Of a stretch of DNA of 64,000 nt, positions 10,397-20,745 are shown in pieces. The notes beneath the pieces were generated by a model, which saw nothing but the letters and a program-made list of their open reading frames with translations, made no database searches and had not been told where the DNA came from. This DNA comes from an uncultured Parachlamydiaceae bacterium. Lineage in GTDB: Bacteria; Chlamydiota; Chlamydiia; Chlamydiales; Parachlamydiaceae. The DNA lies in contig CAVULX010000002.1 of NCBI GenBank assembly GCA_963742415.1, positions 220,098 to 284,097 of the forward strand. Reading direction: 5' to 3'. The first letter of the stretch is position 1. Each line of letters begins with the position of its first letter. A program made the translations under genes and the position numbers.

Positions 10397-11629
10397 TTAT
10401 TTCGACAATAAGCAGGAGTACCCTCCATCCCATCCTTGAGCATTGGGAAGGATGGTGTGCTGAACCTTGCTGCTTAAGTTTAGATGCTCTTGCGCCCATG
10501 CGCTCATTTTTTCATTTTCCCTTTTAAGAATACTGCAGGTCATGTACCCGATTTCCCCATGAGGGGAAAGAAGAGAGGCTGCATGTTGCAGCAATTTCTT
10601 TTGGAGCTCCTCCAGTTGAATTAAATTTTCAGGCCTCAGCCTCCAACGCGCTTCCGCCCTTTTGTTCAAAACCCCTGTATTGCTGCAGGGTACATCCAGA
10701 ATGATCAGGTCAAATTGTCTCTTTTTTGGATAATCCTCCCCCTTATGGCAAGTCACATTCACCTTCAGGCCATATTTTTGACAGTTTTCATCTATCTTTC
10801 TAACTTTTTCATCTGTCACATCATTCGCATACAAAGAAGCTTCCGGGAAAGCATCGTGAAGAGCCAATAATTTTCCTCCGGGGGCTGCGCAAAGGTCTAA
10901 AATGTTGCGATAAGATTTTTTATTGCAGCGAAATAATTCTTCAAGCAAATATACCGGCGTAACATTCTGAACATAATATTGTGGAGATTTTGCGATGTCT
11001 GTCAGTTGGGAAGGATCTTTAAGGATAGCCACAGGTGGGTTGTCCAAAATAAGTTCGCCGGCATCCATTCTTTTTATCTCTTTTGTCCGGATTCTAAACA
11101 TTGTCAAGCTTGGTCGATTTCCCATTTCAAGCAACACTTTGGCTGTATCAAGTCCATAATCTTGAGCCAGCTGTTCAATGTAAAAAGAGGGATACGAATA
11201 CCGAAGGCTCATCGCTTCGAATGCGTCCCCTTGAGGTAATGGAGGGGGATCTATAGGGGCATTTCTCAAAAGGGCATTCAGAAAATTTCCAAACGTTTTA
11301 TGGATCCTTTTTTTTGCTATTTCGACAGTCTCGTCCACGATAGCATAATTGGGAAGACGGGACATAAAATAGAGTTGATAAATAGCTATACGCAAAAGAG
11401 CTTTTTCTCTGACACTTAATGAAAGACGTGGCCGCTTAGCGATTTGGGCTGCGAAATAATCCAAAGTCAAGGCCATGCGAATTGACCCGAAGGCTATTTC
11501 TTGGGCCAGCCTAAAATCTTCAGATTGAGGTTCTGTTTCCTCTTGCCATGCTTGCAACGTAGCTGAAGCAAATGATTCTTGCCTAAAAGAACTGAGAACG
11601 GCCACATAAGCGGCTTCACGTGCACGCAT
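10397..11629 (-). CDS. rsmB: 16S rRNA m5C methyltransferase RsmB/Sun family
   Basis: NusB-like N-terminus; LDLCAAPGGK, DVPCSNTG, YMTCS. Confidence 0.85.
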   Translation of the reverse strand: MRAREAAYVAVLSSFRQESFASATLQAWQEETEPQSEDFRLAQEIAFGSIRMALTLDYFAAQIAKRPRLSLSVREKALLRIAIYQLYFMSRLPNYAIVDETVEIAKKRIHKTFGNFLNALLRNAPIDPPPLPQGDAFEAMSLRYSYPSFYIEQLAQDYGLDTAKVLLEMGNRPSLTMFRIRTKEIKRMDAGELILDNPPVAILKDPSQLTDIAKSPQYYVQNVTPVYLLEELFRCNKKSYRNILDLCAAPGGKLLALHDAFPEASLYANDVTDEKVRKIDENCQKYGLKVNVTCHKGEDYPKKRQFDLIILDVPCSNTGVLNKRAEARWRLRPENLIQLEELQKKLLQHAASLLSPHGEIGYMTCSILKRENEKMSAWAQEHLNLSSKVQHTILPNAQGWDGGYSCLLSK

Positions 11630-11632
11630 GAA

Positions 11633-12523
11633 CTAGATATTTACCTTTTCAAGGGTAAGCCACCGCATAACAATCCAATCCCGAAACCAATCTTGCAAAC
11701 GATTGGCTGCTTCTTCAGAAAACGGATCTTGTTGCGTTTCCACCCATTGACAAAGATTATCGATAGTGCCCCCCCTTTGGAAAAACCCAAGCAAACGGTA
11801 TTCTGTTTCTGTAACATCTTCCCAAGTGATTTCGTTGTTCTTGTTGCGATAAAGGATGGTATAATATTTTTTATCCTTTTTTAAGGGGGGAAAATCATTT
11901 TCAAACCAATATTCCACATCTTGTTTTAAAAATTCCAATCGAAACCGGCACAAGTCATAGCGCATTTCAAACAATTTGACATGCTTTTGCAAATAGAGAA
12001 AATGTTCAAATAAGCTTGAAGGATCCCCCTCTTTAGGGAGGTTGGAGGAAAGAATAGGAGGATATTGGGGAGCTATGAAACTCTCATTGTAGGCGCAATC
12101 CAGCCTGGCTGCATTTAAAACTAATTCTTTATCATCAGCATTATAATCTTCCTCGACCCATTGAGGTAGGCGATCTCCTAAAACTGCAAGGGACCAGCTA
12201 TGAGGGGGAAATTTGACGAGATAGGGAATGGCAATCGATCTATTGAAATCATGATATCCAAACAACCGCGTCACTAGAGGAAAAGAATCTTGCAAAGCAC
12301 TTAACAACCGCCACCAATATTGCTGATTGTATATTTGTATCCTTTGCGCTGGGTGCAAGGTGGGGCTAGGAAGAATAAATTGACCTGCTTCGTTTTCTAT
12401 CAATTCCCCTGAAGGGGCTACAGGGACGACTTTATCTTCTTCGGTTAAGGGGCGGCCTATGATGCTGCCAAACCATTGCTGAATGGATTTAAGTTTGCGG
12501 GGAACTTTTGTATCGAAAGTCAT
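11633..12523 (-). CDS. DUF2063-family MNIO partner protein
   Basis: RIQIYNQQYWWRLLSALQDSFPLV; overlaps the DUF692 stop codon. Confidence 0.8.
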   Translation of the reverse strand: MTFDTKVPRKLKSIQQWFGSIIGRPLTEEDKVVPVAPSGELIENEAGQFILPSPTLHPAQRIQIYNQQYWWRLLSALQDSFPLVTRLFGYHDFNRSIAIPYLVKFPPHSWSLAVLGDRLPQWVEEDYNADDKELVLNAARLDCAYNESFIAPQYPPILSSNLPKEGDPSSLFEHFLYLQKHVKLFEMRYDLCRFRLEFLKQDVEYWFENDFPPLKKDKKYYTILYRNKNNEITWEDVTETEYRLLGFFQRGGTIDNLCQWVETQQDPFSEEAANRLQDWFRDWIVMRWLTLEKVNI

Positions 12524-13404
12524 CGGACTGCCTCAACGGGAACCTTTTCTTTCCTCTGTTTTTCAGATTTTTTTATAATATCCTTTTGGAATTGTTTGGC
12601 TTTCAGCGCCTCTTCCCAGGTCTTTTGGAAACTAATAAAATTATCATCCCACTCCAAAAGGGTGGAAACTCCACTCGTATGGGGGTACACTTCGGCATAG
12701 ATGGACCATACTTCATCTCTAACATAATTATCATGGGTATCAAGAACATAATCTCCGTGATCGCTATGCCCTGCTAAATGTATCTGCAAAACCCGTTCCA
12801 AGGGGATATTCTGATAATAATCCTTGGGGGCAAACCCATGGTTCCGGCTTGAAACGTAAATATTGTTGACATCCAGCATCATGAAAATATCCGCCTTTTC
12901 CACGATGGCGGAATAGAAATCCCATTCCGGCATTTCATCACTTTGGTAAGCGACATAGGAAGAGAGATTTTCTAAAGCGAAAGGGATTTCCAGATAATCT
13001 TGAACAATTTTAGCACGCTCCACAACATAATTGATGACTTCTTTGGTATATGGGAGTGGAAGTAAATCATGATAATGGGCGCCAGGCAAACGACCCCAAC
13101 AAAGGTGATCGGAAATCCAAGGTGTTTTGGTTTTTTTTGCTAACGCTTTCAATTTTTTTAAATAGTCAAAATCCAAGGGATCGGGGCTCCCAATGGCTAG
13201 GGAAACACCGTGTTGTACGACGGGATACCGATCCATGATTTTTTCAAGATTTTCGATCGGTTTTCCCCCGTCCACCATGAAATTTTCGCTGATGATCTCA
13301 AACCAATCGATGGCAGGGCTATCCCGAAAAATGTCCTCGTAGTGGGGAATCCTCAGACCGATTCCGATGCCTAGGTTAGGGAGGTTTTTTGCCTTTTGCG
13401 CCAT
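12520..13404 (-). CDS. DUF692 multinuclear non-heme iron oxidative enzyme (MNIO)
   Basis: GIGLRIPHY, EIISENF, HGVSLAIG, SDHLCW, ALEN, LDVNNIYV, IHLAGH, LDTH, LLEWD. Confidence 0.92.
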   Translation of the reverse strand: MAQKAKNLPNLGIGIGLRIPHYEDIFRDSPAIDWFEIISENFMVDGGKPIENLEKIMDRYPVVQHGVSLAIGSPDPLDFDYLKKLKALAKKTKTPWISDHLCWGRLPGAHYHDLLPLPYTKEVINYVVERAKIVQDYLEIPFALENLSSYVAYQSDEMPEWDFYSAIVEKADIFMMLDVNNIYVSSRNHGFAPKDYYQNIPLERVLQIHLAGHSDHGDYVLDTHDNYVRDEVWSIYAEVYPHTSGVSTLLEWDDNFISFQKTWEEALKAKQFQKDIIKKSEKQRKEKVPVEAVR

Positions 13405-13427
13405 AGTTCGTTTGATCCGTGAAGTTT

Positions 13428-14618
13428 TTATTTAAGCCCTTTTTTTATCCCATTGGAAAGTGAATCGGCAACTCTTAAAACATCCTCTTTTGTAAGATCA
13501 TAATATAGAGGAAGAGACAACGCTTGTGAATAGTAAGCCTCTGTTTCAGGAAAATATTCTGCGATCGACCCGCATATTTTTTCGATGCAGGGGTGGCGAT
13601 ACAGAGGAATATAATGCACTTGGGTCCCGATACCTTGGCCCTTTAATTCTTTCATGAATTCCGACTTGGTCATAGTGAGTGCGTCAAAATCGATTTGGGC
13701 TACGCAAAGATGGAAAGCTGTATGCGGATCGTATTCGGGTGTGAATAAGCGTAGATTGGGAACATCTTTGAGAGCTTCTCTATAGACGATCATCAGTTCC
13801 CGTCTTTTAGCCACAAAAGATTCTAGACGTTTTAGCTGGCTTCTTCCTAAGGCAGCTTGAAAATCAGTGAAGTTATAGTTGTTTGAAAGCCCAACCACTT
13901 CATAATACCATGGGCCCGGCAGGGGTTTAGTCAAATATATAGGATCCCTTTCCATACAATTATTTCGATACAGGCGTAGGCGGCGTAAAAAAGTGTCATC
14001 ATTGGTTGTGACCATCCCCCCTTCCCCTGTGGTCATGGTCTTTGCGGGATGAAAACTGAAAACTGTCATATGGCTCCAGGCGCAAGACCCTATATGAGGT
14101 CCATCTACAGAATACCGGGAACCTATCGCATGGGCTGCATCTTCGATGATCACCACGTCGGGAGTGGAGAGCATCTGGTTTAATTTTTGCATATCTACGG
14201 GAATTCCTGAAAAATGGACAGGCACCAGGATCGCTTTTCCTCTAGAAAAACGTTGATTTACGGTCAGAGCCCATTGCGTGATATCCCCATTTCCTGTGTT
14301 GCGATCGATATCGACAAAGACGGGTATGGCTCCTTGCTGAATGGCTGTTCCCACGGTCGAAATGAAAGAATTGGAAGTTGTCACAACACGGTCGTGTGGG
14401 CCTGTTTCTGCGGCATAAAAAGCGGCAGCCAAAGCGGCGCTGGCACTGCTAAACGCAACGCCATAACGGGCGCCACAGTATGCAGCCAATTCAGACTCAA
14501 AGGCTTCTACTTGAGGCCCTCGCGTAATCCATTCCCCTTGCAATGCAAGGGAAACTGCCTCTAAGTCAGCCTGGTCAATAGACTGATGTGCATAAGGAAG
14601 AAATGGCTCTTGTGTCAT
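13428..14618 (-). CDS. pseC: DegT/DnrJ PLP aminotransferase, PseC-like
   Basis: LPYAHQSI, WITRGPQVEAFE, IEDAAHAIG, FSFHPAKTMTTGEGG, VHYIPLY. Confidence 0.75.
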   Translation of the reverse strand: MTQEPFLPYAHQSIDQADLEAVSLALQGEWITRGPQVEAFESELAAYCGARYGVAFSSASAALAAAFYAAETGPHDRVVTTSNSFISTVGTAIQQGAIPVFVDIDRNTGNGDITQWALTVNQRFSRGKAILVPVHFSGIPVDMQKLNQMLSTPDVVIIEDAAHAIGSRYSVDGPHIGSCAWSHMTVFSFHPAKTMTTGEGGMVTTNDDTFLRRLRLYRNNCMERDPIYLTKPLPGPWYYEVVGLSNNYNFTDFQAALGRSQLKRLESFVAKRRELMIVYREALKDVPNLRLFTPEYDPHTAFHLCVAQIDFDALTMTKSEFMKELKGQGIGTQVHYIPLYRHPCIEKICGSIAEYFPETEAYYSQALSLPLYYDLTKEDVLRVADSLSNGIKKGLK

Positions 14619-14802
14619 ACACGAGAAAGATAATCAATTCCCTGAGTAAATGCAAACAAAAATTTACATAAGCAACCATATAAATAACTAAAATAACTAA
14701 AAAAAATAACCCCAAGCCTATTCTTTTTTCCTTTTCGATTTTTTCGTTTTGCTATAAAACTGAGAGATAGTAATGAATTTGTTGAACATTTTATGCATTT
14801 AG

Positions 14803-16797
14803 TTGCCGTTGATGAAGCACGAAAAAATTGAATCTTATATCAAAGCCATCCCCATTTTAGCTGCTCAGGTCTATACAGGCATGCGCCCCCCTGCGGACCT
14901 TCTTCAGTTCATTGATACAACTAAAAATGCAATAGCTCGGCATGCTGCTTGCAATGATTTCTTTTCCGGCGAGGAAGCGTTTTACCAACAATTCTATGAG
15001 AAAGCACTGAAGCATTATCTTAAAGCTACATCTATTCCCCATTTCCACTTCTTCTGCTACCGTACTTCCGCCTATCTTTTTGACGATGCAGGCAATAAGG
15101 ATAAAGCCCTTGGTTTTGCTCGGAAGGCTTTGAAAATCTATCCCGATGACTTCCCGACACTGCTTTTACTTGACAAACTTTTAAAAGGTAGCGAACAAAT
15201 AGAAGAGGTCTTTGAGATACGACAAAAAATTAAGTTGCTGGAGAAAGAAGCATTTTCCAAGCTTTCCTCCGAAAAATTTGAAGAAAAAGAACCTGAAAAA
15301 ATAGAATTTGCTGAAATTGCAACTCAAACTTCGACTGGTGCAAAAAATTCTGAATTTTTTCAAAATAATCCTTTCAACCCCATGGAGTTGCCCATGAATA
15401 CAGAATCGGATATTTTCTCTTCACCCCGCAGTGAAGATCCTAGCCAAATTCAAGCTTTGACTAAACGGCTCTATTCCCCCTATAACAGGGCAGAGAGCCA
15501 TGACCCTTACCTTCCCAAAGAAGAGACCCCTCCTGATTTAACTGCTTATGAAGAGCTCAAACGTTTGGCAAGTTCATCGCAAAATTTAGAATCTACAAAA
15601 AATTATATTGCCAATGAGATGGGGTTGGATTTGAAAGCTTTGCAGGCTCTAGAGCATCAGATTAAATCTTTTCAACTTTCTCAAACAGAAGCCATCCACA
15701 ATTACCTTGAATTGGCCAAATCCCGCCCGAAACAACATGATTTTTCATTCCATTATTTAAATGGGTGGCCGTATTCACCTGTTCCCCCTACACCGTATAA
15801 TCAGCAAATTCTTTTGACCGAAACCTCTAGAAGAGCAACGGGGGGGCTTTTTATCCGATGGAACGGCAAAGGGATTGCCATCAATCCAGGACCCTCTTTT
15901 TTACACCATTTCCATCAGCAAGGATTACATATCCGTGATATCAATTTTATCGTTGTGACAGGAGACCAAAGGGATTGTTATGCCGATGTGAAAGAGATCT
16001 ATGATCTGAATTATCAATTAAACAAGGCTTCCCCTGAACTTCAAATTATTCACTATTATTTCAATCAAAAAGCATTTCAAGACCTTTCCCATTATCTTAA
16101 ACCCCATTTCAAGCAAGAACGAAACACCCTTCATTGTTTAGAACTATTTGTCGACTCGCCCGATGTAGAAAAGATCGACTTGGCTGAGGGGATCACCCTA
16201 CACTACTTTTCAACCTCATCACGGGATGCATATATTCATCAAGAGTCCAAGGAAGAGCGGTCAGGAAGGCTCTTTACAAACTTTGGCATTCGCCTGGACT
16301 TGAAAGCCTCATCACAAGCATCGTCGGAAAGAAATTCTGTCAAAATAGGATATCTGGCCCATACTGCATGGAACCCTTTATTGGCGCATCATCTAGGTCA
16401 TTGCGATCTTCTCATTACAGCCTTCGGCAATACAAATCCGAATGATTATAATAAAATTTCCTACAATCAAGATAGTTTGGGGTATTATGGGATCTATACA
16501 TTAATGGAAGAAGTTTTGCCCCGCTTACTCCTTTGCGGCGAATTTGAAGGAAGGGAAGGTGACATTCGAGTCGAAGCTGCCCAAAAACTGCGCATCGAAT
16601 ACTCTAAGTCGTCCGCTTTAATTAAAAATGCTCCTGCAGTATTGCCAGCGGATATCGGATTGCTTATCGATCTGCTGACTTTTCATATTCAATGTTCCGT
16701 CAGCGACGAATGGGTAGACCCATCCCAAGTTAAAGTCGTCAAGACAGCCCGCGCTTTTGGGCAATTGGAGTACTTGTCCCCCTCTTGTTGTTATTAG
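14803..16797 (+). CDS. TPR-containing protein with degenerate metallo-beta-lactamase-like C-terminal domain
   Basis: TPR-like N-terminus. GGLFIRWNGKGIAINPG..DINFIVVTGDQRDCYAD looks like an MBL fold lacking HxHxDH. Confidence 0.55.
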   Translation: MPLMKHEKIESYIKAIPILAAQVYTGMRPPADLLQFIDTTKNAIARHAACNDFFSGEEAFYQQFYEKALKHYLKATSIPHFHFFCYRTSAYLFDDAGNKDKALGFARKALKIYPDDFPTLLLLDKLLKGSEQIEEVFEIRQKIKLLEKEAFSKLSSEKFEEKEPEKIEFAEIATQTSTGAKNSEFFQNNPFNPMELPMNTESDIFSSPRSEDPSQIQALTKRLYSPYNRAESHDPYLPKEETPPDLTAYEELKRLASSSQNLESTKNYIANEMGLDLKALQALEHQIKSFQLSQTEAIHNYLELAKSRPKQHDFSFHYLNGWPYSPVPPTPYNQQILLTETSRRATGGLFIRWNGKGIAINPGPSFLHHFHQQGLHIRDINFIVVTGDQRDCYADVKEIYDLNYQLNKASPELQIIHYYFNQKAFQDLSHYLKPHFKQERNTLHCLELFVDSPDVEKIDLAEGITLHYFSTSSRDAYIHQESKEERSGRLFTNFGIRLDLKASSQASSERNSVKIGYLAHTAWNPLLAHHLGHCDLLITAFGNTNPNDYNKISYNQDSLGYYGIYTLMEEVLPRLLLCGEFEGREGDIRVEAAQKLRIEYSKSSALIKNAPAVLPADIGLLIDLLTFHIQCSVSDEWVDPSQVKVVKTARAFGQLEYLSPSCCY

Positions 16798-16805
16798 AAA
16801 CAAAG

Positions 16806-16955
16806 ATTCAACGCAAAGGTGCAAAGGCGCAAAGAACGCAAAGAAAAATAAGAAATATAGTATTTCAGGAGATTAGCGACTTCTAATTTTCTTATTTTTC
16901 TTTGCGCTCTTTGCGCCTTTGCATTGAATTCTATTCTCTGGGTCTCTGTGGTTGA
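16806..16955. repeat. Short tandem plus inverted repeat (GCAAAG units) and a CTCTGTGGTT unit
   Basis: ACGCAAAGGTGCAAAGGCGCAAAGAACGCAAAG ... CTTTGCGCTCTTTGCGCCTTTGCATTGAA. Confidence 0.7.
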
Positions 16956-17139
16956 AAATTGCATTAAAAGCAAGAATATGAAAGACTTCCCAAAAAAAGT
17001 GAGTTGCAAACAATTTAGATCCACTTATTTAGCACAAATTTAATCGGCAAAATTTTCATTGTTAATAGCTTATAAAAATTGCCAGAAGTTGACTCCGCAA
17101 ACTGCATTTTTTGCACCGCTGATTTTGAGTATCAGCAAG

Positions 17140-17239
17140 TTATCGACAAAAGAAAACAGAGATAGACAAATTTCTTGCAGCCTAAGTTGACACATGTTAG
17201 ATTTTCCGGCGAAACAGCTCCAGACTAAGCTGTGGAAAC
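17140..17239 (+). promoter_or_regulatory. Putative dnaA promoter with DnaA-box-like sites
   Basis: TTGCAG(17175)-17 bp-TAGATT(17198). TTATCGACA at 17140 (1 mismatch to TTATCCACA); TGTGGAAAC at 17231. Confidence 0.4.
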
Positions 17240-17269
17240 GTTGTTCATAACTTTTAAAGGATCAAAACT

Positions 17270-18616
17270 ATGCTGGCTTGTGATACATGTGACGCCTGGA
17301 CTCAATTTTTGGAATTCGTGAAAACTCGTTGCTCTGCTACAGCATTCGGCAATTGGCTTATGCCGATTAAAGTTTTGGAATTAACTTCGGAAAAAATTGA
17401 CCTTGAAATTCCTAATATTTTCGTTAAAGAATATCTTTTGTCAAATTATAAAGCGGAATTATGTGCTTTTTTACCTGTCACTGCCGAAGGGGAGCCTTCA
17501 ATTACATTTGTTGTAGCAGCTCCAACAAAGAAAACAAGCCCACCTGTGACTCTTCCTCGAACAGAGAAAAGTTCAACGCAACAAGACTTTATTCAACACA
17601 TTAAATTAAATCAGAACTATCGGTTTGATACTTTTATCGAAGGTCCTGCTAATCAATTTGTTAAATCTGCCGCCTTGGGTGTAGCCAATCGACCGGGGAA
17701 GTCTTATAACCCTCTCTTTATCCATGGGGGTGTGGGATTAGGCAAAACCCATATTTTACACAGCATTGGACATTACATGCTGGAAAACCATAAGAAGCTG
17801 CGTATCCAATGCATTACCACAGAAGCGTTTATTAATGATTTGGTAGACCACTTGCGCAACAAATCTGTCGATAAGCTGAAAAGGTTTTATCGGTCAGATA
17901 TCGATGTTTTGCTTGTCGATGACATCCAATTTCTTCAAAACCGACTCAATTTTGAAGAAGAATTTTGTAATATGTTCGAAACTCTGATTAATCAGAAAAA
18001 GCAAATCGTCATCACAAGCGATAAACCCCCTTCTCAATTAAAATTATCAGAAAGAATCATGGCGCGGATGGAATGGGGGCTAGTTGCCCATCTAGGAGTC
18101 CCTGAGCTTGAAACTCGCGTTGCCATCTTACAGCATAAAGCTCAGCAAAAAGGGTTGCACATTCCTAATAAGATCGCTTTCTATATTGCTGAACATATTT
18201 ATCACAACGTGCGGCAGCTTGAAGGGGCTGTCAATCGACTTTGCGCCCAATGCCGCCTGCTGGATTTAAATATTACTGAAGAAGTCGTAGAAAAAAGCTT
18301 GAGAGAAATGTTGCAGCATGCCCCTCAACAAAAAATCTCGGTAGAACAAATTTTGAAAAGTGTGGCCACGATCTTCGAGGTAAGAGTCAGCGACCTGAAA
18401 GGGACCGGTAGAACTAAAGAAATTGCTTTACCTAGACAAGTAGCCATGTATCTCGCTTTAAAGTTAATAAAACAATCCCTTCAATCTTTGGGTCTCTATT
18501 TTGGAAGGACCCATTCGACACTTTTGCATGCGTGCAAAAATATTGAAAAACGGTTAGAAAATGATGAATTGCTTCGGCGTCAAATCAACATGGTTGAACG
18601 CAATATCCATGCCTAG
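17270..18616 (+). CDS. dnaA: Chromosomal replication initiator DnaA (chlamydial DnaA2-type)
   Basis: [50 protein letters not shown]. Confidence 0.97.
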   Translation: MLACDTCDAWTQFLEFVKTRCSATAFGNWLMPIKVLELTSEKIDLEIPNIFVKEYLLSNYKAELCAFLPVTAEGEPSITFVVAAPTKKTSPPVTLPRTEKSSTQQDFIQHIKLNQNYRFDTFIEGPANQFVKSAALGVANRPGKSYNPLFIHGGVGLGKTHILHSIGHYMLENHKKLRIQCITTEAFINDLVDHLRNKSVDKLKRFYRSDIDVLLVDDIQFLQNRLNFEEEFCNMFETLINQKKQIVITSDKPPSQLKLSERIMARMEWGLVAHLGVPELETRVAILQHKAQQKGLHIPNKIAFYIAEHIYHNVRQLEGAVNRLCAQCRLLDLNITEEVVEKSLREMLQHAPQQKISVEQILKSVATIFEVRVSDLKGTGRTKEIALPRQVAMYLALKLIKQSLQSLGLYFGRTHSTLLHACKNIEKRLENDELLRRQINMVERNIHA

Positions 18617-18643
18617 AAAATATCTCAACATCATCTCAAGGCC

Positions 18644-19705
18644 ATGTCAAAAATTTTAAAAAAGCGTTCAAAAAAAGCAGGGTTGCCCCCGGGGACCCTC
18701 ATCCATATCGGCAATTTCAGTGAACAGCAAATTTCTATTTCCATTTTGGATTACGATGCAAACCACGTCACAGAAAAAGCCGAAGCTACTCTTGAAGATT
18801 GTCTCATTTACTTAGATACCCCATCGACGACCTGGATAAACATCAGAGGAATTAATGACATTGCCATGATTGAAGCCATTGGCCGCCACTTTGGTTTGCA
18901 TCCCCTTCTTTTAGAGGACATTGTCAATAGCGGACAGCGATCCAAGCTCGATAACTATAAAGATACCATTTACATTGTCGCGAGGTTATTAAAATATGAC
19001 AAACTAAAAGAAGAGGTTGAGGATGAGCAAGTCAGCCTTGTCCTTGGAAAAAATTATGTCATTTCTTTTGTCGAATCACGAAGTGAAATCTTTAAAGCTG
19101 TCGCTGACAGAATCAAAAAGAGAAATAACAAAATTACTACACGCGGTTCCGATTATTTATGTTATGCCCTTATTGATTGCATTGTGGATAATTATTTTTA
19201 TATCCTTGAGCAAGTTGATGATAAGCTTGAAATTTTAGAAGATGCGTTGATCCATAAGTCCGAACCGATCATCCTGAAGAATATCCAAAAAACTAAACGG
19301 GAGATCGCTCTCCTGCGAAAAAGCGTCTGGCCTATGCGAGAGGTCATTAACCAATTTAAACGTTTGGATACCCCTCTTATTAAAGAGCCGACAAAACTCT
19401 ATATGCAAGATGTTTACGATCACACGATACAGGCCATTGATACCATTGAAAGCTTCCGTGACATTTCTTCGGGTCTTTTGGATATTTATCTCTCTAATAT
19501 CAACCTGCGCATGAATGAGATCATGAAAGTGCTTACCGTTGTCGCGACGATTTTCGTCCCGCTGACTTTTATCACCAGCTTTTATGGGATGAATTTCAAT
19601 ATGCCCGAATATAACTGGTGGCTCGGATATCCTTTGGCTATAGGCTTAATGATAATTGCTTTGTTGGGCATGCTCTATTTCTTCCGTCTCAAAAAATGGG
19701 TTTAA
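18644..19705 (+). CDS. corA: Mg/Co transporter CorA
   Basis: KAGLPPGTL, LHPLLLEDI, YGMNF signature, two C-terminal TM helices. Confidence 0.95.
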   Translation: MSKILKKRSKKAGLPPGTLIHIGNFSEQQISISILDYDANHVTEKAEATLEDCLIYLDTPSTTWINIRGINDIAMIEAIGRHFGLHPLLLEDIVNSGQRSKLDNYKDTIYIVARLLKYDKLKEEVEDEQVSLVLGKNYVISFVESRSEIFKAVADRIKKRNNKITTRGSDYLCYALIDCIVDNYFYILEQVDDKLEILEDALIHKSEPIILKNIQKTKREIALLRKSVWPMREVINQFKRLDTPLIKEPTKLYMQDVYDHTIQAIDTIESFRDISSGLLDIYLSNINLRMNEIMKVLTVVATIFVPLTFITSFYGMNFNMPEYNWWLGYPLAIGLMIIALLGMLYFFRLKKWV

Positions 19706-20745
19706 TTAGAGCTGCTGATAAATTCTTGAGCCCGCCGCAGATTCTCTTGCCCCTCATCGACAGAAGTTTCCATTTGTCCATATTCCACTTGATCCACCGT
19801 TTCTAAAATTTTCTGAAGATCCCGCTGCATTTCGGGGGAAAACTCGGCACGTTTGGCAATGACCGACAAAAATTCCTCCGTCGTTTCGGTGGATATCTTG
19901 ATCCCAAAATAGTCCTCTATATAGTTTTGAAGATGGTGCTTCAAACTCAAATAAAAATCGTGGATCCTCCCCTCCTGCAATAATTCCTTACTTTCTTTTA
20001 AGGCTTGGAGGACCTGCTCTCTTGTGATTCTTGGCTGTCTTTTTGCCAAAGGGGGCTGCTTCTTTTTGAATAAAAAAACAAAAGCGAAAGCCATCCCTAA
20101 AGCCAGGATCCCTAACCAAGGGATCGATTTTGCTGCGAAGAGGGCGGCATTCTTTTGATGTTCGTCCCTCTCCATTAAACTTAAATTATCATCTTCCAAA
20201 TCAATGGGAAATTCTGTTGAAAATGTCATTAAACGAGCAGGAACAGGTTTTTCGGTGATCTCCGCCGCAGGTGCAGCAACCGTGATATAAAAAATATCTG
20301 AAATCAGTTCGATTGGTTTACCCTTAGGATCTTCAGGTTCAAAAGAGATATTTAAAAATGTTAAAGGAAATTCCCCAATCATTTGTGGAGAGAGTGTAAA
20401 AATGAGATGAAGCGAGGTCAAGTCATTATTTCCTTTTTCTGATGGCACCGTTTGAGATTCCACAATGAAAGGAGCTTCTGAAAAAGAGGAATGAAAGAGT
20501 AAATGGGTGCGCAAAGAAGAGGGATTGACACGGTAACCATGGGGATAAGTCAGATCAACGTAGACTAATATTTTATCAAGCAGAGAAACATCCGTTTCAG
20601 GGATTCTGATGCTTGCAGAAAATCCTCCCGGAGCCTGATCATGCCACTGAATTTCCCCGGCGTTCCCATTCCACGGACAAAAACACACGATTGAAAACGA
20701 TGAAAACACCAATAAAAAGCCTAATAACCTTGCTAATTTCCTCAT
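19702..20745 (-). CDS. BatD-like exported/membrane protein of the MoxR operon
   Basis: Signal peptide, one TM, TTEEFL motif; overlaps the DUF58 gene. Confidence 0.55.
   Translation of the reverse strand: MRKLARLLGFLLVFSSFSIVCFCPWNGNAGEIQWHDQAPGGFSASIRIPETDVSLLDKILVYVDLTYPHGYRVNPSSLRTHLLFHSSFSEAPFIVESQTVPSEKGNNDLTSLHLIFTLSPQMIGEFPLTFLNISFEPEDPKGKPIELISDIFYITVAAPAAEITEKPVPARLMTFSTEFPIDLEDDNLSLMERDEHQKNAALFAAKSIPWLGILALGMAFAFVFLFKKKQPPLAKRQPRITREQVLQALKESKELLQEGRIHDFYLSLKHHLQNYIEDYFGIKISTETTEEFLSVIAKRAEFSPEMQRDLQKILETVDQVEYGQMETSVDEGQENLRRAQEFISSSN

Noticed and set aside
10400-10499. N-terminal extension of the HigB ORF
   Set aside because: It is an alternate frame inside rsmB with no toxin similarity.
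2751-14618. A single RiPP or secondary-metabolite cluster (MTases, S9 peptidase, sulfotransferases, MNIO, aminotransferase)
   Set aside because: Mixed orientations, interruption by a TA scar and rsmB, and no precursor or scaffold gene.
16794-17024. 76-aa ORF containing NAKAQRAQR
   Set aside because: It is a translation of the short DNA repeats, not a credible protein.
16930-17269. oriC upstream of dnaA
   Set aside because: Only one or two imperfect DnaA boxes, which fits autoregulation; chlamydial origins need not lie next to dnaA.
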